64,000 nt of DNA from a virus. Its lineage: Duplodnaviria; Caudoviricetes. Shown here one piece after another: positions 1 through 10,432 of the stretch; position 1 is the first letter of the stretch; the number at the start of each line of letters is the position of its first letter. Under the pieces are notes generated by a model. It was not told the DNA's origin. It ran no database searches and worked only from the letters and a program-made list of their open reading frames with translations. The DNA is taken from IMG/VR virus record IMGVR_UViG_3300046523_000171, positions 1,187 through 65,186 of that record. One strand, 5' to 3'. The position numbers were made by a program, and so were the translations under genes.

Positions 1-1014
1 GATGTTGTTCGCACCGTTCACGTATGCGCCGAGCGCCGTCATGTACTGGCCCAGCATTTCGGCCATGCCACCTTGACCAGCGCCCATCGACGCGAACACC
101 ACGTCGCTCGGCAGTTCCGACTCGATTGCGGCGGCGTACGTCGCGTTGACGACGGCGCTTTGCAGGGTGATGTCTTGGAACTTCTTCGTCATGCGCATTT
201 GCTTCAGCACGGCCACCATGTCGCTGATACCGCGCGACTGATCCGGCATCTGCTGTTCGATGATGTGGAGCACCTGGCGGCGGCCCCAATTCGTGTAGGC
301 GGGCACGCGCTTCCAGTACGGGATCGTGTCGTCCGAATACAGGTCGCCAGGGTGCGCGGAACGAATGTGATACGCGACCGGCTGACCGTAGATGTTCTTC
401 TCGACGCCGCCACGGATCTGCTTCGTGTCCATCTGCCCTTCAGGGTTCGACAGGCGCGTTGGCGACACCATCTGGATCGCGGTGTAGAACGGGCGCGCCT
501 TGTCGTGAACCAGCCACTCGGCCGTGCCCAGCACCTCGCCGGTCATGACGAAGCCGCCCACGCCGAGGCGGATCATGTCGGTCAGCGTCATCGTGCGGCT
601 CGCGTCGAACCAGCACTCGGTCGAATCGGCCAGCAGGTTGAAGCGCGACTCGATGTACTCGACCCATTCGGCGGCCCAGGCTTCGTCGGCACCGAGCGTC
701 ACGAAGTCCGGCGTCAGGATCAGGCGGAACTGCGAGCCAACGATGCTGTCCTTGTGCGTGTGGACCGCGCCCATCACCAGGCCGTCGTTCTGCATGGCGT
801 CGCGGCCACGCGCATCCATCAAGTCCTTCACGCCGTTCATCTGCATGTCGGGCGAGATAATCGGCGGCGACCACGATGCCATTTCGCGGCTGTTCTTGCT
901 TGCACCTTCCATGCCGCCGACCATCGCGCCTTCACGCGGACGGCCGACTTCGATGACTTGCGGTGCCCCGGCACTTACGGCGGCCAGGGTGCTCTTTGTC
1001 TGTTTGCGGGTCAT
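1..1014 (-). CDS. Portal protein, lambda family (truncated by left window edge)
   Basis: Manual translation from ATG at 1014: MTRKQTKSTLAAVSAGAPQ...SWSPPIISPD...ARGRDAMQNDG. The frame is open to position 1 and follows terL and gpW as in lambda/Chi. Confidence 0.88.
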   Translation of the reverse strand, partial: MTRKQTKSTLAAVSAGAPQVIEVGRPREGAMVGGMEGASKNSREMASWSPPIISPDMQMNGVKDLMDARGRDAMQNDGLVMGAVHTHKDSIVGSQFRLILTPDFVTLGADEAWAAEWVEYIESRFNLLADSTECWFDASRTMTLTDMIRLGVGGFVMTGEVLGTAEWLVHDKARPFYTAIQMVSPTRLSNPEGQMDTKQIRGGVEKNIYGQPVAYHIRSAHPGDLYSDDTIPYWKRVPAYTNWGRRQVLHIIEQQMPDQSRGISDMVAVLKQMRMTKKFQDITLQSAVVNATYAAAIESELPSDVVFASMGAGQGGMAEMLGQYMTALGAYVNGANNI

Positions 1015-1017
1015 GGC

Positions 1018-1269
1018 TTAGAAGAAGAATTGAGCCGGGGCCAGGGCTTGCAGGCCGCAGCCGGTCGGCGCGAGTTGCATGCGCAAGCTGGTGATATACG
1101 ACGCCAGTTTCGCGCTGTTTGCGGCGACGAATTCGACACGTTCGCCGTTCTGGTCTACGACCACGCGCGCTGCGCCACCGACCGTCAACTGGTGGTATGC
1201 AGACACGGCTTCGTCGAGGCGCGCCTGCACGACAAGGCGCTCTGCTGCGGTCAAGGTTTGTTGGATCAT
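1018..1269 (-). CDS. Head-tail joining protein gpW-like
   Basis: 83 aa: LDEAVSAYHQLTVGG...VVDQNGERVEF...LASYITSLRMQL. Lies between terL and portal; SD AGGA upstream. Confidence 0.85.
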   Translation of the reverse strand: MIQQTLTAAERLVVQARLDEAVSAYHQLTVGGAARVVVDQNGERVEFVAANSAKLASYITSLRMQLAPTGCGLQALAPAQFFF

Positions 1270-1291
1270 TTCAGGGTTCCTAGTTGTGGTG

Positions 1292-3349
1292 TTAAGCAAG
1301 CGCACTTGCCATCTTTCCGAAGTCAAATTTTACAGCACCGCTAAATGGCTTTTCCTCTTCAGGCTTGCGGATCAAGTCGTTCTTGTCCCACTCGTCGGCC
1401 CACGATGGCGGGTTGTTCCAGTCGATACCTTCGACCTTCACGAACGACGACACGGCCACGCCGATGCAGTAGTACGACAAGTCCCATGCCTCGTTGCGGA
1501 CGTTCGTGTTGTGCTCCCATCCTTTCGGCGTGCGCACCTCGGAACAGAGTTCGCCGTAGAAGTCGTCATCGAGCCACGACGGCGTGCGGTACATGCCCTT
1601 GCCCGGCTCGATGCAGTCCAGGCGGCCGTCGAGGTCGTCCTTCAGGATCGTCGGGTTCAGCATGAGCACCGGCACGTCGCCGCGCGCCGCAGCCTTCACG
1701 TCCTTGCGGCTGCTGTCGGGGAAGCTGATTCGCGTGCGCGGCTGTCCTGGCTTGCTGTCGCCCTTCAGCAGCGTGAAGCGGCGATGCTTGTTCTCGCGTA
1801 CCAGCTTGCGGTAGAAGTTGTAGGCCATCGTCGTCGCGCCCTTCTTACCGCCCGAGTCGCAGCCGGTCATCTTGATCGACATGAGACGACCGGACCCATC
1901 GGCCAGGGGGTACTCGCGCTCGATGACCTGCTCGATCAGCAGATCCCAATCTTCGAGGTAGGCGTGCGGCTTCACGAGTTCGGGGTGCCCGTCGTGATCC
2001 AGGCGCTTCGACTTCTTGACGGGGAAGCGGTCGATCATGCACATGTCGAACGGATAGCCCGGCATGATGCCGAACACCTGCACCACGAAGCTGTCCTTCT
2101 GCACGTCGGCGGTCGCCAGCAGGAAGCGCACACCATCGGGCACGACCTTCTCGCCCAGGGTGAACTCGGCGCGGGCCTTGATCGTTTCCGGCAGGCGGAT
2201 CTCCATGCGCGCGCGGCTGTAGTACGGCTCGCCCAAGTCGTTGTTATAGAACTTCTTCAGCGTCTCTTCGGTGCCGGTTCGCTCGAAGTCGTCCATCGCG
2301 TCGAGGAAGGTCACGGTCAGCTTCTTCCAAGTCGTGAACGCAGCGGCGACACCGCGCAGCCAGAACGATGCGATCAGCGAGCGCACCGACTTTCCGAACC
2401 GCTGTCCGAACTTGTTGATCGCCTCGCCGTCCTTCACCCACATGCCCCACAGGTTCATTTCGTAGCGGTCGTCCGGCACGATCTTCTGCGCGCACTTCGG
2501 GCATTCCATATAAACCGTTTCCGCTACTTCGAGGTTCGACATGCCTTCCTTGCGGTCCCACTTCAGCATTTCAAACTTGCCCTCGAAGTAGTGATCGCAG
2601 TGCGGGCAGGGCCAGTACCAGCGGCGGCGGTCGCCACGGTTATACAGGCCGATGATGCCGTCGCACGGCGGCGCTTCGTGCGGGGTGCGCGGAATCCACT
2701 TGATGTCCTTCACCTCGCGCGACGGCGACGACTCGGCCACGCACATCGCGTTCGATCCGAAGGTCGTGGTTCGCTTCGCGGCCAGGTCGTACGGCTCACC
2801 CTCGCCGTCCACGTCGTCCACCATACGATCCCGGTCGGTCAGCACCACGCGGCCGATTGGCTTACCTGCCAGTTCGGTCGGCGTCGGCCAGGACAGGGAC
2901 AGCATCATTCCGGTGTTATAGAGCTTGTCGAACTTGTTGTCGTTGTCCGCGCCAGGCAGCAGCATCTTTCCGATCTCTGGTGAGTATCGGTTCAGGCGGT
3001 CGATACGGCGCATGGAGAAGTCGCGTGCCGCCGTGTTGGTCGGGCACACGATCATCATGTCCATCGGGTCCACCTTGATCGAGTAGGCGGTGCAGTTGAC
3101 CACCAGGGCGTCGGTCTTGGCCGACTGCGCCGGGCCGACGAAGATCATGCCGTTGTAGGTGGTGGATGCGAACACGTCCATCGGCTCGACCATGTACGGC
3201 GTCGTCGCGTTGTACCAGGGGCCGACGTACGCGCCTGGCGAGTTCACGACGCGGTACTTGGCGGCGGCGGCCGACACGGTGGTGCGCTCTGGTGGGCGCA
3301 GCATTTCCGCGCACGATACGACCAGGGTTTCGATTGAATCAAAGCGCAT
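1292..3349 (-). CDS. terL: Terminase large subunit (lambda GpA type)
   Basis: Walker A-like GPAQSAKT, Walker B VVLTDRD, ESSPS motif, CPHC/CPKC zinc site, RNEAWDLSYY nuclease motif. Confidence 0.95.
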   Translation of the reverse strand: MRFDSIETLVVSCAEMLRPPERTTVSAAAAKYRVVNSPGAYVGPWYNATTPYMVEPMDVFASTTYNGMIFVGPAQSAKTDALVVNCTAYSIKVDPMDMMIVCPTNTAARDFSMRRIDRLNRYSPEIGKMLLPGADNDNKFDKLYNTGMMLSLSWPTPTELAGKPIGRVVLTDRDRMVDDVDGEGEPYDLAAKRTTTFGSNAMCVAESSPSREVKDIKWIPRTPHEAPPCDGIIGLYNRGDRRRWYWPCPHCDHYFEGKFEMLKWDRKEGMSNLEVAETVYMECPKCAQKIVPDDRYEMNLWGMWVKDGEAINKFGQRFGKSVRSLIASFWLRGVAAAFTTWKKLTVTFLDAMDDFERTGTEETLKKFYNNDLGEPYYSRARMEIRLPETIKARAEFTLGEKVVPDGVRFLLATADVQKDSFVVQVFGIMPGYPFDMCMIDRFPVKKSKRLDHDGHPELVKPHAYLEDWDLLIEQVIEREYPLADGSGRLMSIKMTGCDSGGKKGATTMAYNFYRKLVRENKHRRFTLLKGDSKPGQPRTRISFPDSSRKDVKAAARGDVPVLMLNPTILKDDLDGRLDCIEPGKGMYRTPSWLDDDFYGELCSEVRTPKGWEHNTNVRNEAWDLSYYCIGVAVSSFVKVEGIDWNNPPSWADEWDKNDLIRKPEEEKPFSGAVKFDFGKMASALA

Positions 3350-3932
3350 CTGGATCTTCCTCTTCCTGCACTGCTGCAATGGCGTTCTCGGCGTTCTCGA
3401 TCACGGCCTGGTTCGTCGGTGCCTTGGTGAATTCCTCGATCACGGTGGCGTACAGCGTTTCCAGCATGCCGTCGCCCAGCGCCTTCACGATGCCGCGCTG
3501 GCGGTCGGTCAATTCGGCCTGGCGGTCCACCGCATCGGCGTTCAGGCGAACGCTCATCTTCACCAGCTTCATGAGGCCACCGACCACCTCGACGACGCGC
3601 GCCGTGGGCCACAGGTTGCCCTCGCGCTGCTCGAATTCCTGGCGCGACCGCTGGCCTGCCCAAAACTCCTTCGTCAGCATCTTCGGCAGGTCGTTGTGGT
3701 GCATCTTCTTGATGTACGTCTCGATGTCGTACGCGGGCTTCACGAGATACGGCGCGACCTCGTGGACCGCGTAGATGTCGGCACCGTTGCGCGTGCCCAC
3801 CGGCTTGCACTTATGGATCTTTGCGACGATGCTGCGGTGATCCATGCGGAACAACTCGCCAAGCTGCGACAGGTTCGCGCCGTCGTACAGGATGGCGCGC
3901 GTGGTGTTATCGGTTCCTTCAGTGCGTTTCAT
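3339..3932 (-). CDS. terS: Terminase small subunit (DUF1441-like)
   Basis: Directly upstream of terL; N-terminal HTH (LSQLGELFRMDHRSIVAKI); GNLWPTARV motif. Confidence 0.8.
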   Translation of the reverse strand: MKRTEGTDNTTRAILYDGANLSQLGELFRMDHRSIVAKIHKCKPVGTRNGADIYAVHEVAPYLVKPAYDIETYIKKMHHNDLPKMLTKEFWAGQRSRQEFEQREGNLWPTARVVEVVGGLMKLVKMSVRLNADAVDRQAELTDRQRGIVKALGDGMLETLYATVIEEFTKAPTNQAVIENAENAIAAVQEEEDPDAL

Positions 3933-4143
3933 TAGTTCGCTCGTCGATGAGTTGTGACAAGGCGCGGCGCGACAGGCGGCCGACGACCTCGATGTGATTG
4001 CGGTGGTAGGGTTTCAGCGGGCGGCTGCAATTGCGGAACGCCGCGTAGGTGGGATAGGCGATGCCGAGGACGAGGCATGCCTTTGTCGGGCCGAGGCCGA
4101 CCAGCGCCTCGAACTCGATTAACAGTTTATTTCGTTTATCCAT
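3919..4143 (-). CDS. Small HTH protein
   Basis: 74 aa with HTH-like GLGPTKACLVLGIAYPTYAAF; sits between helicase and terS. Confidence 0.6.
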   Translation of the reverse strand: MDKRNKLLIEFEALVGLGPTKACLVLGIAYPTYAAFRNCSRPLKPYHRNHIEVVGRLSRRALSQLIDERTNETH

Positions 4144-4206
4144 TTACCGACCTATCCATTGAATAGGTCGGCATCTTACATGCTGTCAGGCAACGCTAGA
4201 ACGAAT

Positions 4207-5937
4207 TCAAAGTTCGTCGTCGGCGGCCTGCTCGTCCAGGGTCGGCTCGTCGTGATCGGTCAGGATCTCGACCACCTTATCCCACTCTGGATCGCCCACC
4301 TTCAGCTTGCGGCCCTTCAGCAGTTTCACCAGCTTCCGGCGCATCTTCTTCAGGATCTTAAACAGCTTGTCCTGCGCGTTCGTTTTCGCCGTCAGCGCCT
4401 CGACCACGGCCTCGTCTAGCGTGCCCTTGCAGACCAGCAGGAACACGATGACGCGGTGCTTCTGACCCTGGCGCGCCAGGCGGCCGATAAACTGAAGGTA
4501 GAGTTCGAGCGACCAGGGAATATCGAAGTAGACGAGGATATGGCCGCCCGCTTGCAGGTTCAGGCCGTGGCCGCCCGAGGCCGGGTGCATCAGCAGGATC
4601 GGGATCTTCCCGGCGTTCCACTTCTTGATGTTCTTGCCATCCTTGTCCATCATCACGGCCTGCGGGAATGCCTTCATCAGTCGGTCCTTCGACGCGCGGT
4701 GGTGGTAGCCGACGAGGATCGGCTTGCCCTGCGCCTCTTCGACGATCTGTTTCAACTCTTCGATCTTGTGCTCGTGGATCTTGTGGATCTTCGTGATCTT
4801 CACATGATCGTCGTCCTCGCTCTGCCCTGGTTCCAGCTTCGTGTCGTACAGGACGCCGGACGCCATTTGCAGCAGCTTCGCGGACAGCGCCGCCGCCGTC
4901 TCGGCCTGCACTTCGGTGCCGTCGTCGAGCGTCACCACCATGTCCTGCTCCATCTTCAGGTACAGGTCGCGCTGCGCATCGGTCATGTGGACGTGGCGCG
5001 TGACGAACAGCGGCGGCGTGCGCGGCAGATAGTCCTCTTCCTTCATGACCAGGCAGATGTCGCTGATCTTCGCCAGGATGGCCTTCTCCATGCCCTCGCG
5101 CAGTTCCCATTTGCGGGTGTAGCGGTTTTCCTTGAAATAGCTGTCGCGGTATGCGGTGATGTTGCGACCCAGGCGCTTGCCGCGATCCAGCAGGTAGATC
5201 TGCGGGAACAGGCCGATGTACCCCTCGGTCGCGGGCGTCGCCGTTAGCAGGTGCAGGCGGTCCACCTTGCCGTTATCGACGACCACCTGCAATGCCTTGA
5301 ACCGGCCCGAGTTGTGATCCTTGAAGCCGCTCGACTCGTCGATGATGATGGTGCGATACGGCCAGGGCTTCTTCGAGACGCGGTAGTAGGTGACGAGCCA
5401 TTCGATCCAGTCGCGGCTAATCATGTGGACCGAGGCCGGGTCGAGCGTTGCGGCAATGCGCAGTTCCTCGCGCTTCTGTGCGGCCATGCGCGTCGCGTGC
5501 TCGGTCGCTTCCTTCGTGCGCTCGGATGCGAACAGCTTGTTGCTGTTGGCCCGGCCGGACGCCATACCGTCCTTGTAAGCCTGCTTCACTCGCGGGTCAT
5601 CGTCATCGACGTGGATGACGGAGTGGTTCAGGTGGGCCAGGTGGTTCCACTTGCGGATCTCGTCAGGCCAGGTCCGCGTCGCCACCTTCAGCGGGCCGAT
5701 CACGAGCACCTTGTTGTCGTCCGCGAACTCGGCCAGTAGGTCCGCGATCAGCGTCAACGACGTGACCGTTTTGCCCAGGCCCATGTCGATGAACAGCGCC
5801 GAGAACGGGTTCGCCTTCAGGAATTCCAGGCCGGTGTTCTGGTAGCCGTGCATCATGTGCCGGTACAGTTCCACGTCGGTGAATTTCGCACGGATGGCCT
5901 CGACGACGGCCTTCAGCGCATGCGTTTCTCGCATCAT
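4207..5937 (-). CDS. SNF2/DEAD-like helicase
   Basis: DMGLGKT (I), IIDESS (II), LTATP (III), GHGLNLQ (V), QFIGRLARQG (VI). Start set at the ATGA overlap with VRR-NUC. Confidence 0.93.
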   Translation of the reverse strand: MMRETHALKAVVEAIRAKFTDVELYRHMMHGYQNTGLEFLKANPFSALFIDMGLGKTVTSLTLIADLLAEFADDNKVLVIGPLKVATRTWPDEIRKWNHLAHLNHSVIHVDDDDPRVKQAYKDGMASGRANSNKLFASERTKEATEHATRMAAQKREELRIAATLDPASVHMISRDWIEWLVTYYRVSKKPWPYRTIIIDESSGFKDHNSGRFKALQVVVDNGKVDRLHLLTATPATEGYIGLFPQIYLLDRGKRLGRNITAYRDSYFKENRYTRKWELREGMEKAILAKISDICLVMKEEDYLPRTPPLFVTRHVHMTDAQRDLYLKMEQDMVVTLDDGTEVQAETAAALSAKLLQMASGVLYDTKLEPGQSEDDDHVKITKIHKIHEHKIEELKQIVEEAQGKPILVGYHHRASKDRLMKAFPQAVMMDKDGKNIKKWNAGKIPILLMHPASGGHGLNLQAGGHILVYFDIPWSLELYLQFIGRLARQGQKHRVIVFLLVCKGTLDEAVVEALTAKTNAQDKLFKILKKMRRKLVKLLKGRKLKVGDPEWDKVVEILTDHDEPTLDEQAADDEL

Positions 5938-6224
5938 TTCATGATCCTCTTGAACTCTTCGATGTCGTCGAGCACGAACACCTCGGCACCGTGCTCGCGC
6001 ATTTCCTTGATACGGACGACCTGAATCGCGGCCAGGCCACCCTCGCCGCGACCAGGGCGCTTCCACTCGACCCAAACGTACCGACCGCGCCGCAGGTACA
6101 GGCGATCCGGTACGCCGTTGCAGGTCGGCGTGTCCACCTTGATCGTCCACCAGCCGCGCAGCTTCGCATACTTGTGCGCCTCGCTGGTGTTGTCGCTTTC
6201 GATCAGCGGCCGATTACTCTTCAT
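5934..6224 (-). CDS. VRR-NUC domain nuclease
   Basis: GVPDRLYL...WVEWKRPG...Q PD-(D/E)XK pattern; typical position before the helicase. Confidence 0.88.
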   Translation of the reverse strand: MKSNRPLIESDNTSEAHKYAKLRGWWTIKVDTPTCNGVPDRLYLRRGRYVWVEWKRPGRGEGGLAAIQVVRIKEMREHGAEVFVLDDIEEFKRIMK

Positions 6225-8367
6225 CGTCGGCCTCATCATCCGGCAGCGCGCGCTCGTCCTGGCACTTCCGGCACACGCGCATGTCGTCCGGCACGAAGCG
6301 CATTTCTTCCCACGGCTCGCGCGCCTTCTTTTCCTCGCGCCCGCACAGCGATGTCATGGTTTGCAGGTCGATGATGTGCGCGGTTTTCTGCTTCGGCAGC
6401 GCCGCGATCCGGTAGCCCTGGCGTCCGGCCAGGCGAGGGTTCCGCACGTTCAGGCCGATGTCGTCCAGGCGCGCGTATGCCTCGCGCACGTACCAGGCGT
6501 AGTTGATGTCGTCGGGGAAGTCATCGGGCAGATCCATGCAGGGGAACGCGCCAGTCGTACCGGCCACGCGCGAGCCATCCTTCTTCTTGATGTAGCCCGT
6601 CTCGCCATCGGCGTAGTACCAGCGCACCATCTTGCCCAGGTAGTTGCCGTGCATGTCGTAGCCGCCGTTGGCGACCTGCTTGACGCCCACGAACTGCGTG
6701 ATGTCGTCGCACTTCATGATGGTGTCCTCGATGTCCGCGCCGGTCGTCAGGTAGTCCACCACGGCGGTCGAGCAAATGTCGAACGTCGGGTCGTGCTTCG
6801 CTTGCAGGCCCGCTTTTGCGAACAGACCCTTGCGCTTCACTTCCGCGATCTTTCCTGGTGCTTTAGCGTCCTCGACGAGTGCCATGTACGAGTTCACATC
6901 GCGCGAGAACACGCCCAGGTAGCGCACGGCTTCGGTCTGGAACGAGGTGGCGCATTCCCAATCGAACACGATGGCGTTGAACAGCCAGTAGCGGTCCTTC
7001 GGGATCAGCGTCACGATGCCGTCCGTGTTTGCCGAGATCACGCTGAACTTCTGGCGCTCCAATTCCTCGATCAGCATCAGCAGCGAAAGCTGTCCGGTGA
7101 TGGTGGTGGAGATCAGCAGCTTCGGCGCGTACACGACGGCGAACGGCGATCCGGTCTTGCCGAACGTGCCGTTATTAACGATCTTGAAGGAGTCGGATCG
7201 CTTCTTGTACTTCATCGACTGGCCCATGTCGCCAGCCTTCTTCAGCGCCGCCGCTTTCTCCTTGTAGCTGTCGCGCAGGTTCACGAATTTGCTGAACACG
7301 CCGAGGAAGTTCTTGCCCAGGGCTTCCGGCACGTAGCCGCACGCGATCATGAGGCGCGGGTAGTAGGCGCGAACGTCGCGGTCCTCGATCAGCGTGTCCT
7401 CGTCGGCGCGGAACGAGCGGCGCTTCTCTTTCGAGTGCAGGCCGCCGATGCCCATCTTGTAGTCGGTGAAGCCGATGCGGATCTTCAGTTCTCCGATCTC
7501 TTTCGGCAGGCGCACGACGCCGTAGTTCTTCTTTTTCGCGCCTGGCGGGTCCGGCTCGCCGCTGACGTAGAAGCGCGTCGAGGTGATGACCTTCAGCACG
7601 TCCTGCAACAGTGGCGAGGTGAAGCGGATGAACTTCGGCGGCTCGTACTTGAACGAGAAGGTCTTGACCTCGGGGCGCGGCGCGTCCTTGCCGGTGATCT
7701 TCTTCACCTCGGCGGCGATCAGCGTTTCCGCGATCTGCGCGTCCGACTTCGAGCGCACGTCGATGTCATATTCCAGGCTGATCTCGTTGCGGATCTCGAC
7801 CTCTTCACGCAGGTTGAGCACGAGTTCGCGCGTGGTCGCCAGGTCGTTGCTCAGATAGCGGCGCATGAGCGGGCGACGCTTCACGCCGACCGGCTCGCTC
7901 GGGTCGATGGGGAGTTCTTGCAGGCGCTTCATGTTCATGCGCGCGCCGTACTTCTTCAGGGACAGCTTGACGCCTGGTGCCACGTCGATCAGGTCGATGT
8001 GGTCGATCCAGTCCGGCCAGGTGACGTTGTACTTCGACCAGAAGTTGACCTTCGCCAGCGGATGCACCGAGATCCGGTTCACGATCAGGTCGTCGCTCGC
8101 GCGCTTCAGCATTTCGTTGCTAGCACCGGCCACGGCCAGGGCGATCATCGGCGCGTCGTACTTCAGACCGTTGAACGTGTAGATGCGGAACTTGCGCAGG
8201 ATCTTCTTGATCTTCACTGCGTCCAGATCGAGGCCCGCGTACTTCTCGATGATGACTTCTTTGCCCGTATCGACGTTCATGAAGCCGATGCTCCAATAGT
8301 CGATGTAGCACTCGGTATCGGTTGCGGCTTCGGGCCGCTTTTCAAGGAATAATTTTGGAATGCCCAT
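6214..8367 (-). CDS. DNA polymerase family B with 3'-5' exonuclease and C-terminal Zn module
   Basis: Exo motifs DTE, FNGLKYD and YLSND; polymerase motifs DVRAYYP, KIVNNGTFGK and NTDG. Confidence 0.9.
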   Translation of the reverse strand: MGIPKLFLEKRPEAATDTECYIDYWSIGFMNVDTGKEVIIEKYAGLDLDAVKIKKILRKFRIYTFNGLKYDAPMIALAVAGASNEMLKRASDDLIVNRISVHPLAKVNFWSKYNVTWPDWIDHIDLIDVAPGVKLSLKKYGARMNMKRLQELPIDPSEPVGVKRRPLMRRYLSNDLATTRELVLNLREEVEIRNEISLEYDIDVRSKSDAQIAETLIAAEVKKITGKDAPRPEVKTFSFKYEPPKFIRFTSPLLQDVLKVITSTRFYVSGEPDPPGAKKKNYGVVRLPKEIGELKIRIGFTDYKMGIGGLHSKEKRRSFRADEDTLIEDRDVRAYYPRLMIACGYVPEALGKNFLGVFSKFVNLRDSYKEKAAALKKAGDMGQSMKYKKRSDSFKIVNNGTFGKTGSPFAVVYAPKLLISTTITGQLSLLMLIEELERQKFSVISANTDGIVTLIPKDRYWLFNAIVFDWECATSFQTEAVRYLGVFSRDVNSYMALVEDAKAPGKIAEVKRKGLFAKAGLQAKHDPTFDICSTAVVDYLTTGADIEDTIMKCDDITQFVGVKQVANGGYDMHGNYLGKMVRWYYADGETGYIKKKDGSRVAGTTGAFPCMDLPDDFPDDINYAWYVREAYARLDDIGLNVRNPRLAGRQGYRIAALPKQKTAHIIDLQTMTSLCGREEKKAREPWEEMRFVPDDMRVCRKCQDERALPDDEADDEE

Positions 8368-8436
8368 GTGCTCTTTCAGAACGAAGAAACGCCGCAGGTT
8401 TTGAGGCTGCGGCGCTTCAGGTGCTACATGTTGGTG

Positions 8437-9078
8437 TTACAGGTCGTCGTCATCGTCGCCGTCGTCCGAGCCGCCGCCAGCAGTGGCAACGTCATCCCAG
8501 GCGTCAGCGTCATCGACGCGGCCTTGACCGAACGCGGTGTCCTCCTTGGAGAACATCACAGCGACCAGGCCAGCGTTCAGGCGCTTGCCGAACTTGTTGT
8601 TCTGGACCCACGGACGCAGCAGGATATGGCCCCATGCGCCGCCGAAGAACAGTTCCTTGATGGTGTCCAGATCTTCCACCGGGTCCAGCTTCTTGCCCGC
8701 TTTATCGCGCAGCGACGGACGGTTCGATTCGCGGGCGTTGACGAACCAGTGACCGGCATAGCCGTTCTCCACGTTCTCGTCGTCGTCATCGCTCGCGTTG
8801 GCATCGCCGTCGCGCAGGAACTTCTTGTCGGCCGGGACGCTGATTTTGGCTTCGGCCAGGACTGCCTTCATCACGGCGGCAATCGCGGTCTTGGCTTCTT
8901 CGTGCGTACCCTTCGGCATCATGCCAGTGATGCTGTACTTGGCCTCGCCCTGATCGCCTTCCTTCTTCCACGGCTTATCGACGTGGGGATAGGAGAAGCG
9001 CACGTTATCGACACGGATCATGCCGTTCTCGTACAGGACGAAGTTCTTGCCACGTTTTTTAACTACCAATGCGGTCAT
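8437..9078 (-). CDS. ssDNA-binding protein (DUF2815, T7 gp2.5-like)
   Basis: VRFSYPHVDKP, YSITGMMPK, NNKFGKRLNAGL; acidic tail DDGDDDDDL. Confidence 0.85.
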   Translation of the reverse strand: MTALVVKKRGKNFVLYENGMIRVDNVRFSYPHVDKPWKKEGDQGEAKYSITGMMPKGTHEEAKTAIAAVMKAVLAEAKISVPADKKFLRDGDANASDDDDENVENGYAGHWFVNARESNRPSLRDKAGKKLDPVEDLDTIKELFFGGAWGHILLRPWVQNNKFGKRLNAGLVAVMFSKEDTAFGQGRVDDADAWDDVATAGGGSDDGDDDDDL

Positions 9079-9133
9079 TTCAGGTTCCTCAAATTTCAGA
9101 CTTCACGAATTAAACGGTTTCACGATTTCTCGA

Positions 9134-10426
9134 TCAAACGTCGCTAAAAGCGTCATCGTATTGGTCGGCCAGTGCTGGCCTGCCGTCACGAATCGACGCC
9201 AAAGTTGCTTTGCCGGGCGGCCTGAACACCAGATCCTTCAGCAGATCGGGAACGTCCTTGCGCTTGTGCCCTGCGGCGATCAGCAACCTCTCTACCTCGG
9301 CCGGGGATGCGATCTCTTCCTTGACCAGATCATCCCTGTCGAGGCCAAGACCGACGAGCACTTCGACGGCCTTATCCTTGCTCTTGAAAACCCTGAACGA
9401 GCGGCCTTCTACCAGCTTTTGCAGCTTCAGCTTTTCACCCAGCTTCGCGCGGCGTTCGAGTTCTTCGCATACACCCTTGAAGAACTTCTCGACCGTACTT
9501 CGCCAGTCGTACAGCTTTTCCAACTCACTTGTCGTCAGCGTCGCCGCTTCCAACACGTTCGGCGCGTCGGTGTCACGCAGCACCTCTTTGAAGTACAGCA
9601 TTTCCGACTCGGTGACGGGCTTGCCCAGGTCGTCGAAAGCACCTTCGGCCAGGTCGATCACCACTTTCGCCTTCGCGGCACACGTCCGCTGGACGCGACA
9701 CCACTGGCACGATTCCGCGCTAGGCGTTCTCGGCGCGTTCTCCACCCACGCCGCCGCTGCACGTTCACGCACGTACTCTGCAAAGTTCAGCAGGTACTCT
9801 CTGTCCACCGTCCATTCCTCGAACACGTCGAGGCGCGGTTGCGCGATGCGAATCACGATCTCGCGGAAGTCATACAGCCAGTCCCAGGCGAAGAAGAACC
9901 CGAGTGCGTATATGAGCAACTGCGGATTGTCCTTCGCGTAGACTCGGACACCCTTGCCCATCTTCAGGTCGGTGATGACCATGCGCTGATACGTGCATGC
10001 GCTATGGTCGGCCGTTCCGCCCTGGTTCGGGATCGGGGTAAGCTGCGAAAAATCCACTCGCGTCTCGACGAAGTGATCGCCAGGCAGGTTTTTGCACCAG
10101 TCCACGTATCGCTTCACGTAGTCCATCATCACCTCATCCACGGTGATGAAGAACCCGAAGCCCTCGCCGTCAACCCAAAACGTTTTGCCGAGTAAGTGCT
10201 TCGGACGCTTCCCTTCTTTCAGCCAGGTTTCACCGACCATGTGGCCGACTGTCCCATAAGCTGCGTCCTCGCCGGATTCATCTGGCGCGAACAGGTTTGG
10301 AATCAGAGATCCCGCGCAACCGAGCCACATCTTCGAGCCGGATGGGGAGAAAACGGAGTGACCGCCCTCTTCCACCAACCGGATCGCTTCGCGCATCTGC
10401 GAAGCGGTGAAGTGTTGCTCGGTCAT
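9134..10426 (-). CDS. DUF2800 Cas4-like PD-(D/E)XK exonuclease
   Basis: HSVFSPSGSKMWLGC, GTADH...DLKMG, NPQLLIYALG, IAQPR and CQWC motifs. Confidence 0.88.
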   Translation of the reverse strand: MTEQHFTASQMREAIRLVEEGGHSVFSPSGSKMWLGCAGSLIPNLFAPDESGEDAAYGTVGHMVGETWLKEGKRPKHLLGKTFWVDGEGFGFFITVDEVMMDYVKRYVDWCKNLPGDHFVETRVDFSQLTPIPNQGGTADHSACTYQRMVITDLKMGKGVRVYAKDNPQLLIYALGFFFAWDWLYDFREIVIRIAQPRLDVFEEWTVDREYLLNFAEYVRERAAAAWVENAPRTPSAESCQWCRVQRTCAAKAKVVIDLAEGAFDDLGKPVTESEMLYFKEVLRDTDAPNVLEAATLTTSELEKLYDWRSTVEKFFKGVCEELERRAKLGEKLKLQKLVEGRSFRVFKSKDKAVEVLVGLGLDRDDLVKEEIASPAEVERLLIAAGHKRKDVPDLLKDLVFRPPGKATLASIRDGRPALADQYDDAFSDV

Positions 10427-10432
10427 TGACGA

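Noticed and set aside
4207-4218. DDEL as a eukaryotic KDEL/HDEL ER-retention signal
   Set aside because: This is a bacteriophage genome with sigma70 promoters and SD sites; the resemblance is coincidental.
9134-10426. Cas4-like nuclease suggesting a CRISPR locus
   Set aside because: DUF2800 is a standard member of this replication cassette; I found no repeat-spacer array or other cas genes.
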